Shown here piece by piece: positions 39,706 through 55,016 of a stretch of DNA of 64,000 bases. The stretch covers positions 2,400,001 to 2,464,000 of the forward strand of contig CBDBDQ010000005.1 in the NCBI GenBank assembly GCA_965203905.1, written 5' to 3'. Source of the DNA: Spirochaetia bacterium. Lineage in GTDB: Bacteria > Spirochaetota > Spirochaetia > SZUA-6 > Bin103. Position numbers and translations under genes: made by a program. The first letter of the stretch is position 1. Every line of letters begins with the position of its first letter. The notes below the pieces were generated by a model that saw nothing but the letters and a program-made list of their open reading frames with translations, made no database searches and had not been told where the DNA came from.

Positions 39706-40965
39706 ATGGAACAGGAATTGCCGCGTCTGGCACGTTTTCGGCGTCCCCTGCCGAGCGCCGCCCTGGCCGATGTGGGAGCGGCCGTGCAGCAGGCGCTGAC
39801 CGACACGTTCAGTTCCGCCGACGTGGCCGGGCGACGCGTCGCGGTCGGCCTGGGCAGCCGCGGTGTGGCCAACTACGCCCTGGTGGCGCGGCGCACCGTC
39901 GACTGGCTGCAACGCCGGGGCGCGCAGCCGTTCATCGTGCCGGCGATGGGCAGCCACGGCGGCGCCACCGCGGCCGGGCAGCGTGAAGTGCTTGCCGGCT
40001 GGGGAATCACGTCCGAATCGATGGGCGTGCCGGTGGACGCCACCATGGCGGCGGTGGAGTTGGGCAGCGTCGGCGACCCGGCGGTACGGGTGTTCATGGA
40101 CCGGAACGCCTGCGCTGCCGACGCCGTGCTGGTGGTCAATCGCGTCAAGCCGCACACCGACTTTCACGGACCGGTGGAGAGCGGCCTGATCAAGATGGCG
40201 GTAATCGGACTCGGCAAGCGCGCCGGCGCGGAGGCGATCCACTTCCACGGCGTGTACGGGCTGGCGCACCTGATCCGGCCGGCGTTCGACGTGGTGCTGG
40301 CCTCGGGCAAGCTGCTCGGTGGCGTGGCGCTGGTGGAGGATGGCCGTGAGCAGACGGCGGCGGTGCGGGCGGCGCGCGCCGCCGACATCCCGGCCCGCGA
40401 GGCGGAGTGCCTGGCACTCGCTCGCCGCAGCATGGCCGCCCTGCCGCTGGAAGAGATCGACGTGTTGGTGCTGGACGCGATCGGCAAGGAGATCAGCGGC
40501 ACCGGCATGGACACCAACGTGGTCGGCCGCATCGGCATCGCCGGCGTCGCCGAGCCGCAGTCGCCGCGGGTGCGCCGCATCGTGGTATTGGGGCTGACCG
40601 AGGCCTCGCACGGCAACGCTCTGGGTATCGGTCTGGCCGACGTGACCACGCGCCGCTTCCAGCAGCAGGTTGACCAGGACGTCACCAACGCCAACGTGCT
40701 CACCAGCACCTTTCTGGAGCGCGGCCGCATGCCGCTGGTGGCTGCGAACGATGTCGAGGCGGTGCGCTGGGCCCTGCACACGTGCGGTGCTGCCGCGCGC
40801 GACGCGGTGGTGGTGCGGATCCGCAACACGCTGGCTCTGGAGACCCTGCTGCTCAGCCGGCCGGCGGCGCAACGCGCCCACGCCGCGCGGGTCCCGCTTA
40901 CCCGGGAGGGCGACTACGAACCGCCCTGCACCGCCGGCGGCCAGATCGTTCCCTGGCGAGAGTGA
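39706..40965 (+). CDS. LarA-like (DUF2088/DUF362-related) protein
   Basis: GSRG, PAMGSHGGAT, NRVKPHT, SGLIKM..IGLGK, GKEISGTGMD; GAGGAGG RBS. Confidence 0.75.
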   Translation: MEQELPRLARFRRPLPSAALADVGAAVQQALTDTFSSADVAGRRVAVGLGSRGVANYALVARRTVDWLQRRGAQPFIVPAMGSHGGATAAGQREVLAGWGITSESMGVPVDATMAAVELGSVGDPAVRVFMDRNACAADAVLVVNRVKPHTDFHGPVESGLIKMAVIGLGKRAGAEAIHFHGVYGLAHLIRPAFDVVLASGKLLGGVALVEDGREQTAAVRAARAADIPAREAECLALARRSMAALPLEEIDVLVLDAIGKEISGTGMDTNVVGRIGIAGVAEPQSPRVRRIVVLGLTEASHGNALGIGLADVTTRRFQQQVDQDVTNANVLTSTFLERGRMPLVAANDVEAVRWALHTCGAAARDAVVVRIRNTLALETLLLSRPAAQRAHAARVPLTREGDYEPPCTAGGQIVPWRE

Positions 40966-41031
40966 ATTGGGGGTTGCCCATCCTCGGTTATCGAATTCCC
41001 GGTATGCTTGGTAACAACGTGAGGTGGAGCA

Positions 41032-41253
41032 ATGCTTGATTCGCCGGATTCCATGGTGATGAAAATCGGAGAAGCTGCCGGCGAGATCTGGCGCGCCCTC
41101 GACAGCAGTGGCACGGAGCTGGACGTGTCGCAACTCAGGACCCGGACCAGACTGCGTTCCGACCGGCTGCACCAGGGTATCGGCTGGCTGGCGAGAGAGG
41201 ACAAGATCGAGCTGGTGATTGAGGGGAGGATCACGCGGATTTGGCTGAAATGA
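41032..41253 (+). CDS. Winged-helix protein (DUF2582-like)
   Basis: IGEAAGEIW..L, IGWLAREDKI; GAGGTGG RBS. Confidence 0.85.
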   Translation: MLDSPDSMVMKIGEAAGEIWRALDSSGTELDVSQLRTRTRLRSDRLHQGIGWLAREDKIELVIEGRITRIWLK

Positions 41254-41293
41254 CGCTGCTGAGCAACCACCTGCCCGCGGCAAGGGGCGGGCC

Positions 41294-42028
41294 ATGAACG
41301 TACTCGTGGTCGATATCGGCGGCTCCAAGGTGAAGATCAGGGTCACCGGTGAGGAGCGGCGACGAGCCGCACCGTCGGGACCGGAGATGACGGCGACCGA
41401 GATGGCCGAGACGGTCGGGAAGCTGGCACTGGGGTGGCACTACGATGTCGTTTCGATCGGTTTTCCGGGGCCGGTGCTGGATGGCAAGGTCCTGAAGGAG
41501 CCGCGGAATCTGGGACCCGGCTGGGTGGGTTTCGACTTCGTGGAGGCGTTCGACCGTCCGGTGAAGGTGATCAACGACGCGGCGATGCAGGCGCTCGGCG
41601 GCTATCGGGGCGGGCGCATGCTGTTCCTGGGGTTGGGCACCGGTCTCGGCTCGGCGATGGTTTCGGGGGGCACGGTGCTGCCGATGGAGTTGGCTCACCT
41701 GCCGTACAAGAAGGAGATGACCTTCGAGGACTACGTCGGCCGGCGCGGTCTGGAGCGGCTGGGCAAGAAGAAGTGGCGCAAGGAGGTGGCCGCCGTGGTG
41801 GCGTGTCTGCGCGCCGCCCTGGTATCCGACTACGTCGTCCTCGGCGGCGGCAACGCCACGCTGCTCAAGGAGCTGCCTCCGGCCACCCTGTTCGGTCCCA
41901 ATACCAACGCGTTCCTCGGAGGTTTCCGGCTATGGGAGTCGGCAACGGCAAGGTCACGCCGTGACGCACCGGCTTTCCCGCCGCCAGCGTCACCGCTGCC
42001 ACCAACGGGTCAAGGAGATACCACATGA
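41294..42028 (+). CDS. ppgK: ROK family polyphosphate glucokinase-like protein
   Basis: DIGGS, GFPG, NDAAMQA, LGTGLG, ELAH, LGGGN. Confidence 0.8.
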   Translation: MNVLVVDIGGSKVKIRVTGEERRRAAPSGPEMTATEMAETVGKLALGWHYDVVSIGFPGPVLDGKVLKEPRNLGPGWVGFDFVEAFDRPVKVINDAAMQALGGYRGGRMLFLGLGTGLGSAMVSGGTVLPMELAHLPYKKEMTFEDYVGRRGLERLGKKKWRKEVAAVVACLRAALVSDYVVLGGGNATLLKELPPATLFGPNTNAFLGGFRLWESATARSRRDAPAFPPPASPLPPTGQGDTT

Positions 42029-43116
42029 CGAGATTGCATGAGCTGGCCGACCTCGGCCAGGCGGTCTGGTTCGATTTCATTCGGCGTTCGTTCACCGAGT
42101 CCGGCAAGCTCGGGGACCTGATCGACCGGGGCGTGCGCGGGGTCACTTCGAACCCCACCATCTTCGAGAAGGCGATCGCCGGCAGCGCCGACTACGACGC
42201 GGACCTGCGGCGGCTGATCGACGTCGGCCGGTCGCTGGACGAGATCTACGAGACCCTGGTGGTCGAGGACATCCGCGCGGCCGCCGCCCTGTTGCGCCCG
42301 CTGTACGACGCCACCGGCGGCGGCGACGGCTACGTGAGCCTGGAGGTCAACCCCAATCTGGCCCACGACACCGACGCGACCATCGAAGAGGCGCGCCGTC
42401 TGTTCGCCCTCGTGGCGCAGCCCAACGTGATGATCAAGGTGCCCGCCACTCCGGCCGGCGTGCCCGCGATCAAGGCGCTGATCGGCGAGGGGATCAACGT
42501 CAACGTCACCCTGATCTTCTCGCTGGCCCAGTACGAGGCGGTAGCGGAAGCCTACGTCGCCGGGTTGGAGCGCCTCACGGTCGCCGGCGGCGGTCTCGAC
42601 ACGGTGGCGTCGGTGGCATCCTTCTTCGTGAGCCGGGTCGATACTGCCGTGGACGCCGCCCTGGCGGAGGCCGGCAGCCAGGAGTTGCAGGGCAGGATCG
42701 CGATCGACAACGCCAAGGTGGCCTACGCCCGCTTCCGCGAGCTGTTCAGCGGCTCCCGCTGGCAGGCCCTGGCCGCGCGCGGAGCGCACCCGCAGCGTCC
42801 GCTGTGGGCCAGCACCGGTACCAAGAACCCGGCGTACTCCGACACCCTGTACGTCGACAGCCTGATCGGCCCGGACACCGTCAACACCGTGCCGCCCGAT
42901 ACCCTGCAGGCGTTCCTCGATCATGGCCAGGTTGCCGCCACCATCGATACCGACCTCGACGGGGCGCGCGCCCGCCTGCAGCGCCTGGCGGCGCTGGGCA
43001 TCGACCTGGACGCGATAGCCGGGGAGCTGCAGGATGCCGGGGTCGCCTCCTTCACCGAGTCGTTCACCAGCCTGATGGCCGGCATCGGCGCCAAGCGCGA
43101 GCAACTGCTGGTATGA
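42025..43116 (+). CDS. tal: Transaldolase
   Basis: GVTSNPTIF, VSLEV, MIKVPAT, NVTLIFS, SFFVSRVD, LWASTGTKNP. Confidence 0.96.
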   Translation: MTRLHELADLGQAVWFDFIRRSFTESGKLGDLIDRGVRGVTSNPTIFEKAIAGSADYDADLRRLIDVGRSLDEIYETLVVEDIRAAAALLRPLYDATGGGDGYVSLEVNPNLAHDTDATIEEARRLFALVAQPNVMIKVPATPAGVPAIKALIGEGINVNVTLIFSLAQYEAVAEAYVAGLERLTVAGGGLDTVASVASFFVSRVDTAVDAALAEAGSQELQGRIAIDNAKVAYARFRELFSGSRWQALAARGAHPQRPLWASTGTKNPAYSDTLYVDSLIGPDTVNTVPPDTLQAFLDHGQVAATIDTDLDGARARLQRLAALGIDLDAIAGELQDAGVASFTESFTSLMAGIGAKREQLLV

Positions 43117-43138
43117 ACGGAGCGACCGACCTCGAGCC

Positions 43139-45178
43139 GTGACGGAGGCTCGCGCGATCGCTCTGGGGCGGGCCGACTGCGGCTGCTTCGAGCGCGCAAT
43201 CCGCCGCGAATGGCTGGTGACCAACGGCCTCGGCGGCTACGCGGCGGGCACCGTGGGCGGGATCAACACGCGCCGCTATCATGGTCTGCTGGTCACGGCG
43301 CGGCAGCCGCCGCGGCAGCGCATGCTGGTGCTCGCCAAGGTCGACACCTGGGCCGCCTGCGGAGCGGAGCGCTATCCGCTGTTCGCCAATGAGTTCGGTG
43401 ACGGCACGATCGACCCGCACGGCTACCGCTACCTGGAGTCGTTTCGCCTCGAAGATCTGATCCCGGTCTGGGAGTACGCGCTGGCCGACGCCCGTCTGGA
43501 GCAGCGCATCTGGATGGTGCACGGGCACGATACCGTGCACGTGAGCTATACCCTGGTGCGCGCCACCCGCCCGCTGGCGCTGACCGCAACCCCGCTGGTC
43601 GCCGGTCGCGACTTTCACGCCCACGTGCGAGGCGGCCGCGAGATGGCGAGCGGCGCGATCGCCGGGGGCGTGTCCGTGGACACCGGCACCGACACCGGTC
43701 CCTGCCGGATCGTCGTCGATCACGGCCGGTTCCATCAGCGTCCGGAGTGGTACTGGAACTTCAAGCATCGCGTGGAAGAGCGGCGGGGACTGGACAGCAG
43801 CGAGGATCTGTTCGCGCCGGGGTACTTCGTCTGCGAGCTGGAACCCGGTGCCACCGTCACGCTGACGTGCTCGCTGGAGGAATCTGCGGCCACCGGCGGC
43901 GCGTTCTCGCTGGCCACCGAACGCCGCCGGCAGGCGCACCTGGTGCCGGCGTGGGCGGCGGCAGCACCCGGCTGGGTGCAGCGCCTGACGCTGGCGGCCG
44001 ACCAGTTCGTGGTGGGCAGCGTGCGCGCCGGCGACGCCGCTCCCACGCCCGGTCCGGCGGCGCCGGGGAGCACCGTCATCGCCGGCTATCCCTGGTTCGG
44101 CGACTGGGGCCGCGACACCATGATCGCCCTGCCGGGGCTGACCCTGACCACCGGCCGGCACGCGCTTGCCGCCGCCATCCTGCGCACCTTCCGGCGTACG
44201 ATCGACCGCGGCATGCTCCCCAACCGGTTGCCGGAGCGGGAGCACGAGGTGCTGGAGTACAACACCGTGGATGCCGCGCTGTGGTACGTGCACGCGATCC
44301 ATCAGTACCTGCGCCACAGCGGCGACCTGGCCCTGGTCGAGGAGCTGTTTCCCGCGCTGGTCGAGGTGGTCGAGTGGCACCGGCGCGGTACCCGCCACGG
44401 CATTCGCGTCGACGCGCAGGACGGCCTGCTGTGCGCCGGCGAGCCGGGGGTACAGCTCACCTGGATGGACGCCATGATCGGCGACTGGGTGGTGACCCCG
44501 CGCATTGGCAAACCGGTCGAGGTCAACGCCCTCTGGCACAACGCGCTGCGCGTGATGGCCGAGCTGGCGGCGCGCCTGGGCGATGCCGTAGCGGGCGCCG
44601 GCTACCGCGCCGCTGCCGACCGCACCGCCGCCAGCTTCCGCCGGCGCTTCTGGTACCCCGCCGGCGGCTATCTCTACGACGTGATCGACGGTCCCGAGGG
44701 TGAGCCGGAGGCGGACGGCACGCGCTGCGATCGGCGGCTCCGGCCCAACCAGCTGTTCGCGGTATCGTTGCCCTTCCCCCTCCTGAACGAGGGCCAGGCG
44801 CAGGCGGTGGTCGACGTCTGCGCGCGCCGGCTGTGGACCTCGTACGGCATGCGCAGCCTGGCCGACTCCGATCCGGACTACGTCGGCCGCTACCGCGGCG
44901 GGCCGCTGGAGCGCGATGCCGCCTATCATCGGGGAACCGTGTGGGGATGGCTGCTGGGGGCCTTCGCCTGCGCCCACTACCGCGTGTACCGGGATCCGGC
45001 GGCGCGGGACTTGCTCGCTCCCATGGGACAGCATCTGGCCGACGCCGGGGTCGGCTCCATCAGCGAGATTTTCGACGCCGACCCACCGCATACTCCGCGC
45101 GGCTGCTTCGCGCAGGCCTGGAGCGTGGCGGAGGTGTTGCGCGCCTGGAAAGAAGTGGGAGACGAGGGAGAGACTTAG
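43139..45178 (+). CDS. Amylo-alpha-1,6-glucosidase / glycogen debranching enzyme (GH133-like)
   Basis: EWLVTNGLGGYA, TRRYHGLL, AGYPWFGDWGRDT, LTWMDA, LRPNQ, AQAWSVAE. Confidence 0.93.
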   Translation: MTEARAIALGRADCGCFERAIRREWLVTNGLGGYAAGTVGGINTRRYHGLLVTARQPPRQRMLVLAKVDTWAACGAERYPLFANEFGDGTIDPHGYRYLESFRLEDLIPVWEYALADARLEQRIWMVHGHDTVHVSYTLVRATRPLALTATPLVAGRDFHAHVRGGREMASGAIAGGVSVDTGTDTGPCRIVVDHGRFHQRPEWYWNFKHRVEERRGLDSSEDLFAPGYFVCELEPGATVTLTCSLEESAATGGAFSLATERRRQAHLVPAWAAAAPGWVQRLTLAADQFVVGSVRAGDAAPTPGPAAPGSTVIAGYPWFGDWGRDTMIALPGLTLTTGRHALAAAILRTFRRTIDRGMLPNRLPEREHEVLEYNTVDAALWYVHAIHQYLRHSGDLALVEELFPALVEVVEWHRRGTRHGIRVDAQDGLLCAGEPGVQLTWMDAMIGDWVVTPRIGKPVEVNALWHNALRVMAELAARLGDAVAGAGYRAAADRTAASFRRRFWYPAGGYLYDVIDGPEGEPEADGTRCDRRLRPNQLFAVSLPFPLLNEGQAQAVVDVCARRLWTSYGMRSLADSDPDYVGRYRGGPLERDAAYHRGTVWGWLLGAFACAHYRVYRDPAARDLLAPMGQHLADAGVGSISEIFDADPPHTPRGCFAQAWSVAEVLRAWKEVGDEGET

Positions 45179-45181
45179 CCC

Positions 45182-47878
<2,697 letters not shown>

Positions 47879-47925
47879 TTGGCAGCGCGCCGCGCACGGC
47901 GACTGTCATGTGCGCGGCGCTGCGA

Positions 47926-50067
<2,142 letters not shown>

Positions 50068-50227
50068 TTATGGCAAGCTGCCGGGTATGGCGCGACGTTC
50101 CGTTACCGGGCGCGCGCTCGTCACATTGTAGCCCCAATCGTCAACGCTCCGTCAATGCTCGGAGTGCCTTCTTGTCTACCCGATAGACCGCACGGCGGCT
50201 ACCCGGTAGATTAGGCGCGGCAAGATC

Positions 50228-52126
50228 ATGGGACAGGCATATACACGACTTACCGAACCGCTGGTGCGTACCGGCGGCGAGCTGCGGCCGGCGACCTGGG
50301 AGCAGGCGCTGGAGCGGGCGGCGCAGGGGGTGCGCGCCGCCATCGAGCGCGGTCCTACGCGCTCCTTCGGGCTGTTCAGCTGCTCCAAGGCCACCAACGA
50401 GATGAACTTCCTGGCCCAGAAGTTCGCCCGCTCGGTGGTCGGCAGCAACAACATCGACAGCTGCAACCGCACCTGACACGCGCCGAGCGTCGTCGGTCTG
50501 GCGGCGGTATTCGGCGCGGGGGGCGGCACCAGCTCATACCAGGAGATCGAGGACACCGACCTCATCGTGCTGTGGGGTTCCAACGCCCGCGAAACCCATC
50601 CCATCTACTTCCACCACGTGTTGAAGGGGATCCGGCGCGGGGCGCGCATGGTCGCAGTCGATCCGCGCCGCACCAGCTCCGCGCAATGGGCGGACCTGTG
50701 GCTGGGCCTGGACGTCGGAACCGACGTGGCGCTGGCCAACACGGTCGGCCGCGAGATCATCGCCGCCGGCCTGGAGAACCGCACCTTCATCGATCACGCC
50801 ACCGTGGGCTTCGAGGAGTACCGGCGCTCGGTGGAGCCGTTCACCCTGGAACGCGGCGAGGAGCTCACCGGGGTGCCGCGCGCCGCCATCCGCGAACTGG
50901 CGCACAGCTATGCCACCGCCGACCGTGCCCAGATCTGCTGGACCCTGGGAATCACCGAACATCACAACGCGGTCGACAACGTGCTGGCCCTGATCAACCT
51001 CGGGCTCCTGACCGGCCACGTCGGGCGCTACGGCTCGGGGCTCAATCCCCTGCGCGGGCAGAACAACGTCCAGGGCGGCGGCGACATGGGGGCGATACCG
51101 AACAAGCTGCCCGGGTTTCAGGACCTGGAGGACGCGGCGCTGCGCGGCAGGTTCGAGGCTGCCTGGGGCTGCCCGCTGCCGGATCGCATCGGCTGGCACC
51201 TGTCACTGATGTTCGAGGCGATGGAGCACGGCGACCTCAAGACCTTGTACGTGATCGGCGAGAACCCGGCGCAGTCGGAGGCCGACGCGACGCGGGCGCG
51301 GGCGCTGCTCGGCGGTCTGGACCACCTGATCGTGCAGGACATCCTGTTCACCCGCACCGCGCAGATGGCCGACGTGGTGCTGCCGGCTGCGGCCACCTGG
51401 GCGGAGGCGGACGGCACGGTGACCAGCAGCGAGCGGCGCGTGCAGCGGGTGCGCAAGGCACTGGAGCCGCCGGGCCAGGCCCGCGACGACATGGCGATTC
51501 TGTGCGACCTGGCGCGCCGCCTCGGCCACGACTGGGGAACGCCCACCGCGGAGCAGGTATGGGATGAGTTGCGCTCGCTGTCGCCGATGCACGCCGGCAT
51601 GAGCTACTCCCGGCTGGCGGAACTGGGCGGCATCCAATGGCCGTGCGCGGACGAGCAGGACCCCGGCAGCCAGTTTCTGCACGGCCGCCTGTGGCGCACC
51701 CCGCTGGAGGGAGCGCCGGCGCCGTTCCACCCGGTGCAGCACCAGCCGCCGGTGGACAAGCTGGACGACCAGTTCCCGTTGCGCCTGACCACCGGACGCA
51801 CGCTCGATTCCTACAACACGGGGGTACAGAGCGAAGGCTTCCGCTCGCCGATCCGGCGCGGCGACTCGCTCGACATCTGTCCGCAGGACGGCGACCGCCT
51901 GGGAGTGGCCGACGGCGAGCGGGTGCAGGTGAGCTCGCGTCGCGGCAGTCTCGAAGTCACCGCCCGCTACGCCGACGGGTTGCGCCCGGGACTGGTGTTC
52001 ATGACCCTGCACTTCCCCGACCAGGTGGATACCAACCTGCTCACCATCGATGCCTGGGACCGCAAGTCGGGCACCGCCGAGTTCAAGGCCACCGCGGTGC
52101 GCATCGACAAGCTGGCGGCGCGCTGA
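50228..52126 (+). CDS. Selenocysteine-containing Mo/W formate dehydrogenase catalytic subunit (lacks N-terminal Fe-S domains)
   Basis: In-frame TGA 50474-50476 in DSCNRT-U-HAPS joins the two listed ORFs; LRGQNNVQG, ADVVLP, ERRVQ, LTTGR, EFKATAV; 632 aa. Confidence 0.93.
50474..50518 (+). promoter_or_regulatory. Bacterial SECIS element
   Basis: Hairpin directly after UGA: lower stem CGCGCCGA/UCGGCGCG, upper stem CGUCGUC/GGCGGCG, apical GGUCU loop. Confidence 0.85.
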
Positions 52127-54045
52127 TGGACCTGCACCTCGTCGCAACCGAGCCCACCGCCGCCGAACGGTCGGCGGTCGACGCCGTGCTCGACGGGGTG
52201 GTGCCGCCGGCCGCCGGCTCCGAGCTGCAGGACGCGGCGCGAGGCGGCCGCGTCGAGCTCGGCGGCGCCCGCGCCCGGCGCGGTGTCCGCCACCAGTTGC
52301 TGCCGGCGCTGCACGGGGTGCAGGACGCGATCGGCTGGATCAGCCCCGCGGCGCTCGGCTACATCTGCCGCCGTCTGGACGTGCCGCCGGCCGAGGCCTA
52401 CGGCGTGGCCACCTTCTACGCCCTGCTGGCCACCGAGCAGCGGCCGCCGCGGGTGGCCCACGTGTGCGACGACATCGTGTGCCGCAATGCCGGCGCCGCC
52501 GAGATCTGCCGGCGCCTGGAACAGCGGCTCGGGCCCGCCCACGAGGCGGCCGGCGCTTCCCACCCGCCGCCAGCCGCCGCCGGGGGAGCGCGCGCCACCT
52601 GGATGACCAGTCCCTGCCTGGGGCTCTGTGAGCACGCGCCGGCGGTGCTGCTGCAACTGGCGGGCGACCGCGACGCCGCATTCGCCCCGGCCGGCGTGGA
52701 CGAGGTGTGCGCAGCGCTGGCCGCGGGTGCCGGCGGCGCAGCCGGCCCGGTGCCCGGGGCCGAGGCGGTTCCCGCCCCGCCCCCGGCCGCGCTCCGTTCC
52801 TCGGCCCCGCAGGCCGACCGCACCGCAACGGCGGCGGAGCTGACCCTGCTGCGCCGGGTCGGCACGGTGACCCCGGAGAGCCTCGACGACTACCGTCGTC
52901 ACGGGGGCTACGCCGCCCTGCGCCGCGCCTTCGAGCTGGGCCCCGAGGGCGTGCTGCGCGAGCTGCACGACTCCAGGCTGGTGGGGCGCGGGGGTGCGGC
53001 GTTCCCTACCGCGACCAAGTGGCAGGCGGTGGCCCATGCCGCCGCGCGCCCCCACTACGTGGTGTGCAACGCCGACGAGTCGGAGCCGGGCACCTTCAAG
53101 GACCGGGTGATCATGGAGCAGGACCCGTACGCGGTGCTGGAGGCGCTGACCATAGCGGGGTTCGCGACCGGGGCCACGCAGGGCTACCTGTACGTGCGTG
53201 GCGAATATCCCGTGGCCACCGAGCGCCTGCAGGTCGCCCTGGACCGGGCGCGCGCCCGCGGCCTGCTGGGCGGCGACATCCTGGGCACCGGGATGGCCTT
53301 CGACATTGACCTGCGGCGCGGCGCCGGGGCCTACATCTGTGGCGAGGAGACCGCGCTGTTCAACTCGCTGGAGGGGTTTCGCGGCGAGCCGCGCAGCAAG
53401 CCGCCCTATCCTACCGAGGCCGGACTGTTCGGCAAGCCCACGGTGATCAATAACGTGGAGACCCTGGTCAACCTGCTGCCGATTCTCCTGGCCGGCGGCC
53501 GTGCCTACGCGGCGCAGGGTACCGCGCAGTCCACCGGCACCAAGCTGTTCTGCCTGTCCGGTGCGGTGGCGGTTCCCGGCGTCTACGAGGTGGAGTTTGG
53601 GGTTACCCTGCGGCAGCTCCTGGAGCTGGCGGGGGGCACCCTCGGCGGCACCCCGCGGGCCGTCCTGCTGGGCGGCGCGGCCGGCAGCTTCGTGGGCCCG
53701 GAGCACCTCGATGTTCCGCTCACCTTCGAAGACACCCGCAGGATCGGCTCCACCCTGGGCTCGGGAGTGGTGATGCCGTTTGCGCAGAACACCGATTTCC
53801 CCGACATCCTGCGTCGTATCGCGCGTTTCTTCCGCGACGAATCGTGCGGCCAGTGCGTGCCGTGCCGGGTCGGCACGGTGCGCCAGGAAGAGTCGCTGGC
53901 GCGCCTGTGCGGCAACGGCGCCGGTGCCGAGCGGGCGCTGCTCGGAGATCTGGCGCAGGTGATGGGCGACGCCTCGATCTGCGCGTTGGGCCATACCGCG
54001 GCGGCGGCGCTGCAGTCGGCCCTGGCCCTGGGACTATTGGAATAG
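52126..54045 (+). CDS. Fused NuoE-NuoF-like diaphorase subunit (FDH gamma+beta)
   Basis: VATFY, CDDIVC..CLGLC; GRGGAAFP, NADESEPG, GAYICGEETAL, SCGQCVPCR..SICALG. Confidence 0.93.
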   Translation: MDLHLVATEPTAAERSAVDAVLDGVVPPAAGSELQDAARGGRVELGGARARRGVRHQLLPALHGVQDAIGWISPAALGYICRRLDVPPAEAYGVATFYALLATEQRPPRVAHVCDDIVCRNAGAAEICRRLEQRLGPAHEAAGASHPPPAAAGGARATWMTSPCLGLCEHAPAVLLQLAGDRDAAFAPAGVDEVCAALAAGAGGAAGPVPGAEAVPAPPPAALRSSAPQADRTATAAELTLLRRVGTVTPESLDDYRRHGGYAALRRAFELGPEGVLRELHDSRLVGRGGAAFPTATKWQAVAHAAARPHYVVCNADESEPGTFKDRVIMEQDPYAVLEALTIAGFATGATQGYLYVRGEYPVATERLQVALDRARARGLLGGDILGTGMAFDIDLRRGAGAYICGEETALFNSLEGFRGEPRSKPPYPTEAGLFGKPTVINNVETLVNLLPILLAGGRAYAAQGTAQSTGTKLFCLSGAVAVPGVYEVEFGVTLRQLLELAGGTLGGTPRAVLLGGAAGSFVGPEHLDVPLTFEDTRRIGSTLGSGVVMPFAQNTDFPDILRRIARFFRDESCGQCVPCRVGTVRQEESLARLCGNGAGAERALLGDLAQVMGDASICALGHTAAAALQSALALGLLE

Positions 54046-54065
54046 GGATTGGAAGCGAGGTGGAA

Positions 54066-55016
54066 ATGGAGCAGGCGATGGTGACGGATCCGGTGCGCAC
54101 GGTGGAGCTGACGGTCGATGGCAGCGCGGTGCAGGTCAGTGAGGGAGCGACGATTCTCGACGCCTGCCGGGTGGCCGGCATCGCCACGCCGACCCTCTGC
54201 TTCGCCGACAACCTGACGCCCGTAAACGCGTGCCGGGTCTGCGTGGTGGAGCTGGAGGGCTCGCGCACCCTGGTGCCGGCCTGCGCCCGCGCCGCCAGCG
54301 ACGGCATGCAGGTGCAGACCGACTCGGAACGGGTGCGCCACAGCCGGCGCCTGGTGCTGGAGCTGCTGGCATCGTCGGTGGACCTGACCCGCGCCGACGC
54401 CGCCGTGCGCCACTGGCAGGACCGCTACGGCGTCGAGCCGCAACGGTTCGGGCCTCCGGCGCCGGACGCACCCGCAGGCGCGCGGGAGCAGCTGCACCCC
54501 GGTCACCATGCCGCTCCCGACGGCGCTACGGCGGCCACCGTGGGGCAGCCGGTCAAGATCCAGGACGACCTCTACGTGCGCGACTACAAGCGCTGCATCC
54601 TCTGCTACAAGTGCGTGGAAGCGTGCGGCGAGGATGCCCAGAACACGTTCGCCATTGCGGTCGCCGGGCGTGGCTTCGACGCCCGCATCGCCACCGAGTT
54701 CGAGCAGCCGCTGCCGGAGTCGGCCTGCGTCTACTGCGGCAACTGCATCGGCGTATGTCCCACCGGCGCGCTGATGTTCAAGAGCGAGTACGAGCACCGC
54801 GAGCAGGGCACCTGGGACGAGTCACGACAGAGCGTGACGCGCACGGTGTGTCCCTACTGCGGCGTCGGCTGCAACCTGGAACTGCACGTTCAGGATCAGG
54901 AGATCGTGAAGGTGACCTCGCCCGCCGACCATTCGGTCACCAGCGGTCACCTCTGCATCAAGGGGCGCTTCGGCTTCCAGTTCGTGCAGAACCGGCCGCC
55001 GCCACCGAGCGGTTAG
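54066..55016 (+). CDS. FDH iron-sulfur subunit (2Fe-2S + 2x[4Fe-4S] + Molybdop_Fe4S4 domain)
   Basis: PTLC..ACRVC..PAC; CILCYKCVEAC; CVYCGNCIGVCP; CPYCGVGC..LCIKGRFG. Confidence 0.92.
   Translation: MEQAMVTDPVRTVELTVDGSAVQVSEGATILDACRVAGIATPTLCFADNLTPVNACRVCVVELEGSRTLVPACARAASDGMQVQTDSERVRHSRRLVLELLASSVDLTRADAAVRHWQDRYGVEPQRFGPPAPDAPAGAREQLHPGHHAAPDGATAATVGQPVKIQDDLYVRDYKRCILCYKCVEACGEDAQNTFAIAVAGRGFDARIATEFEQPLPESACVYCGNCIGVCPTGALMFKSEYEHREQGTWDESRQSVTRTVCPYCGVGCNLELHVQDQEIVKVTSPADHSVTSGHLCIKGRFGFQFVQNRPPPPSG

Noticed and set aside
39481-41346. Apparent 1202-aa NDH-2 with a 620-aa N-terminal extension
   Set aside because: The extension is antisense to the LarA-like and wHTH genes; the plausible start is ATG 39480
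50474-50476. Premature stop making FDH a pseudogene
   Set aside because: Its position at the metal-ligand residue plus a SECIS hairpin indicate selenocysteine
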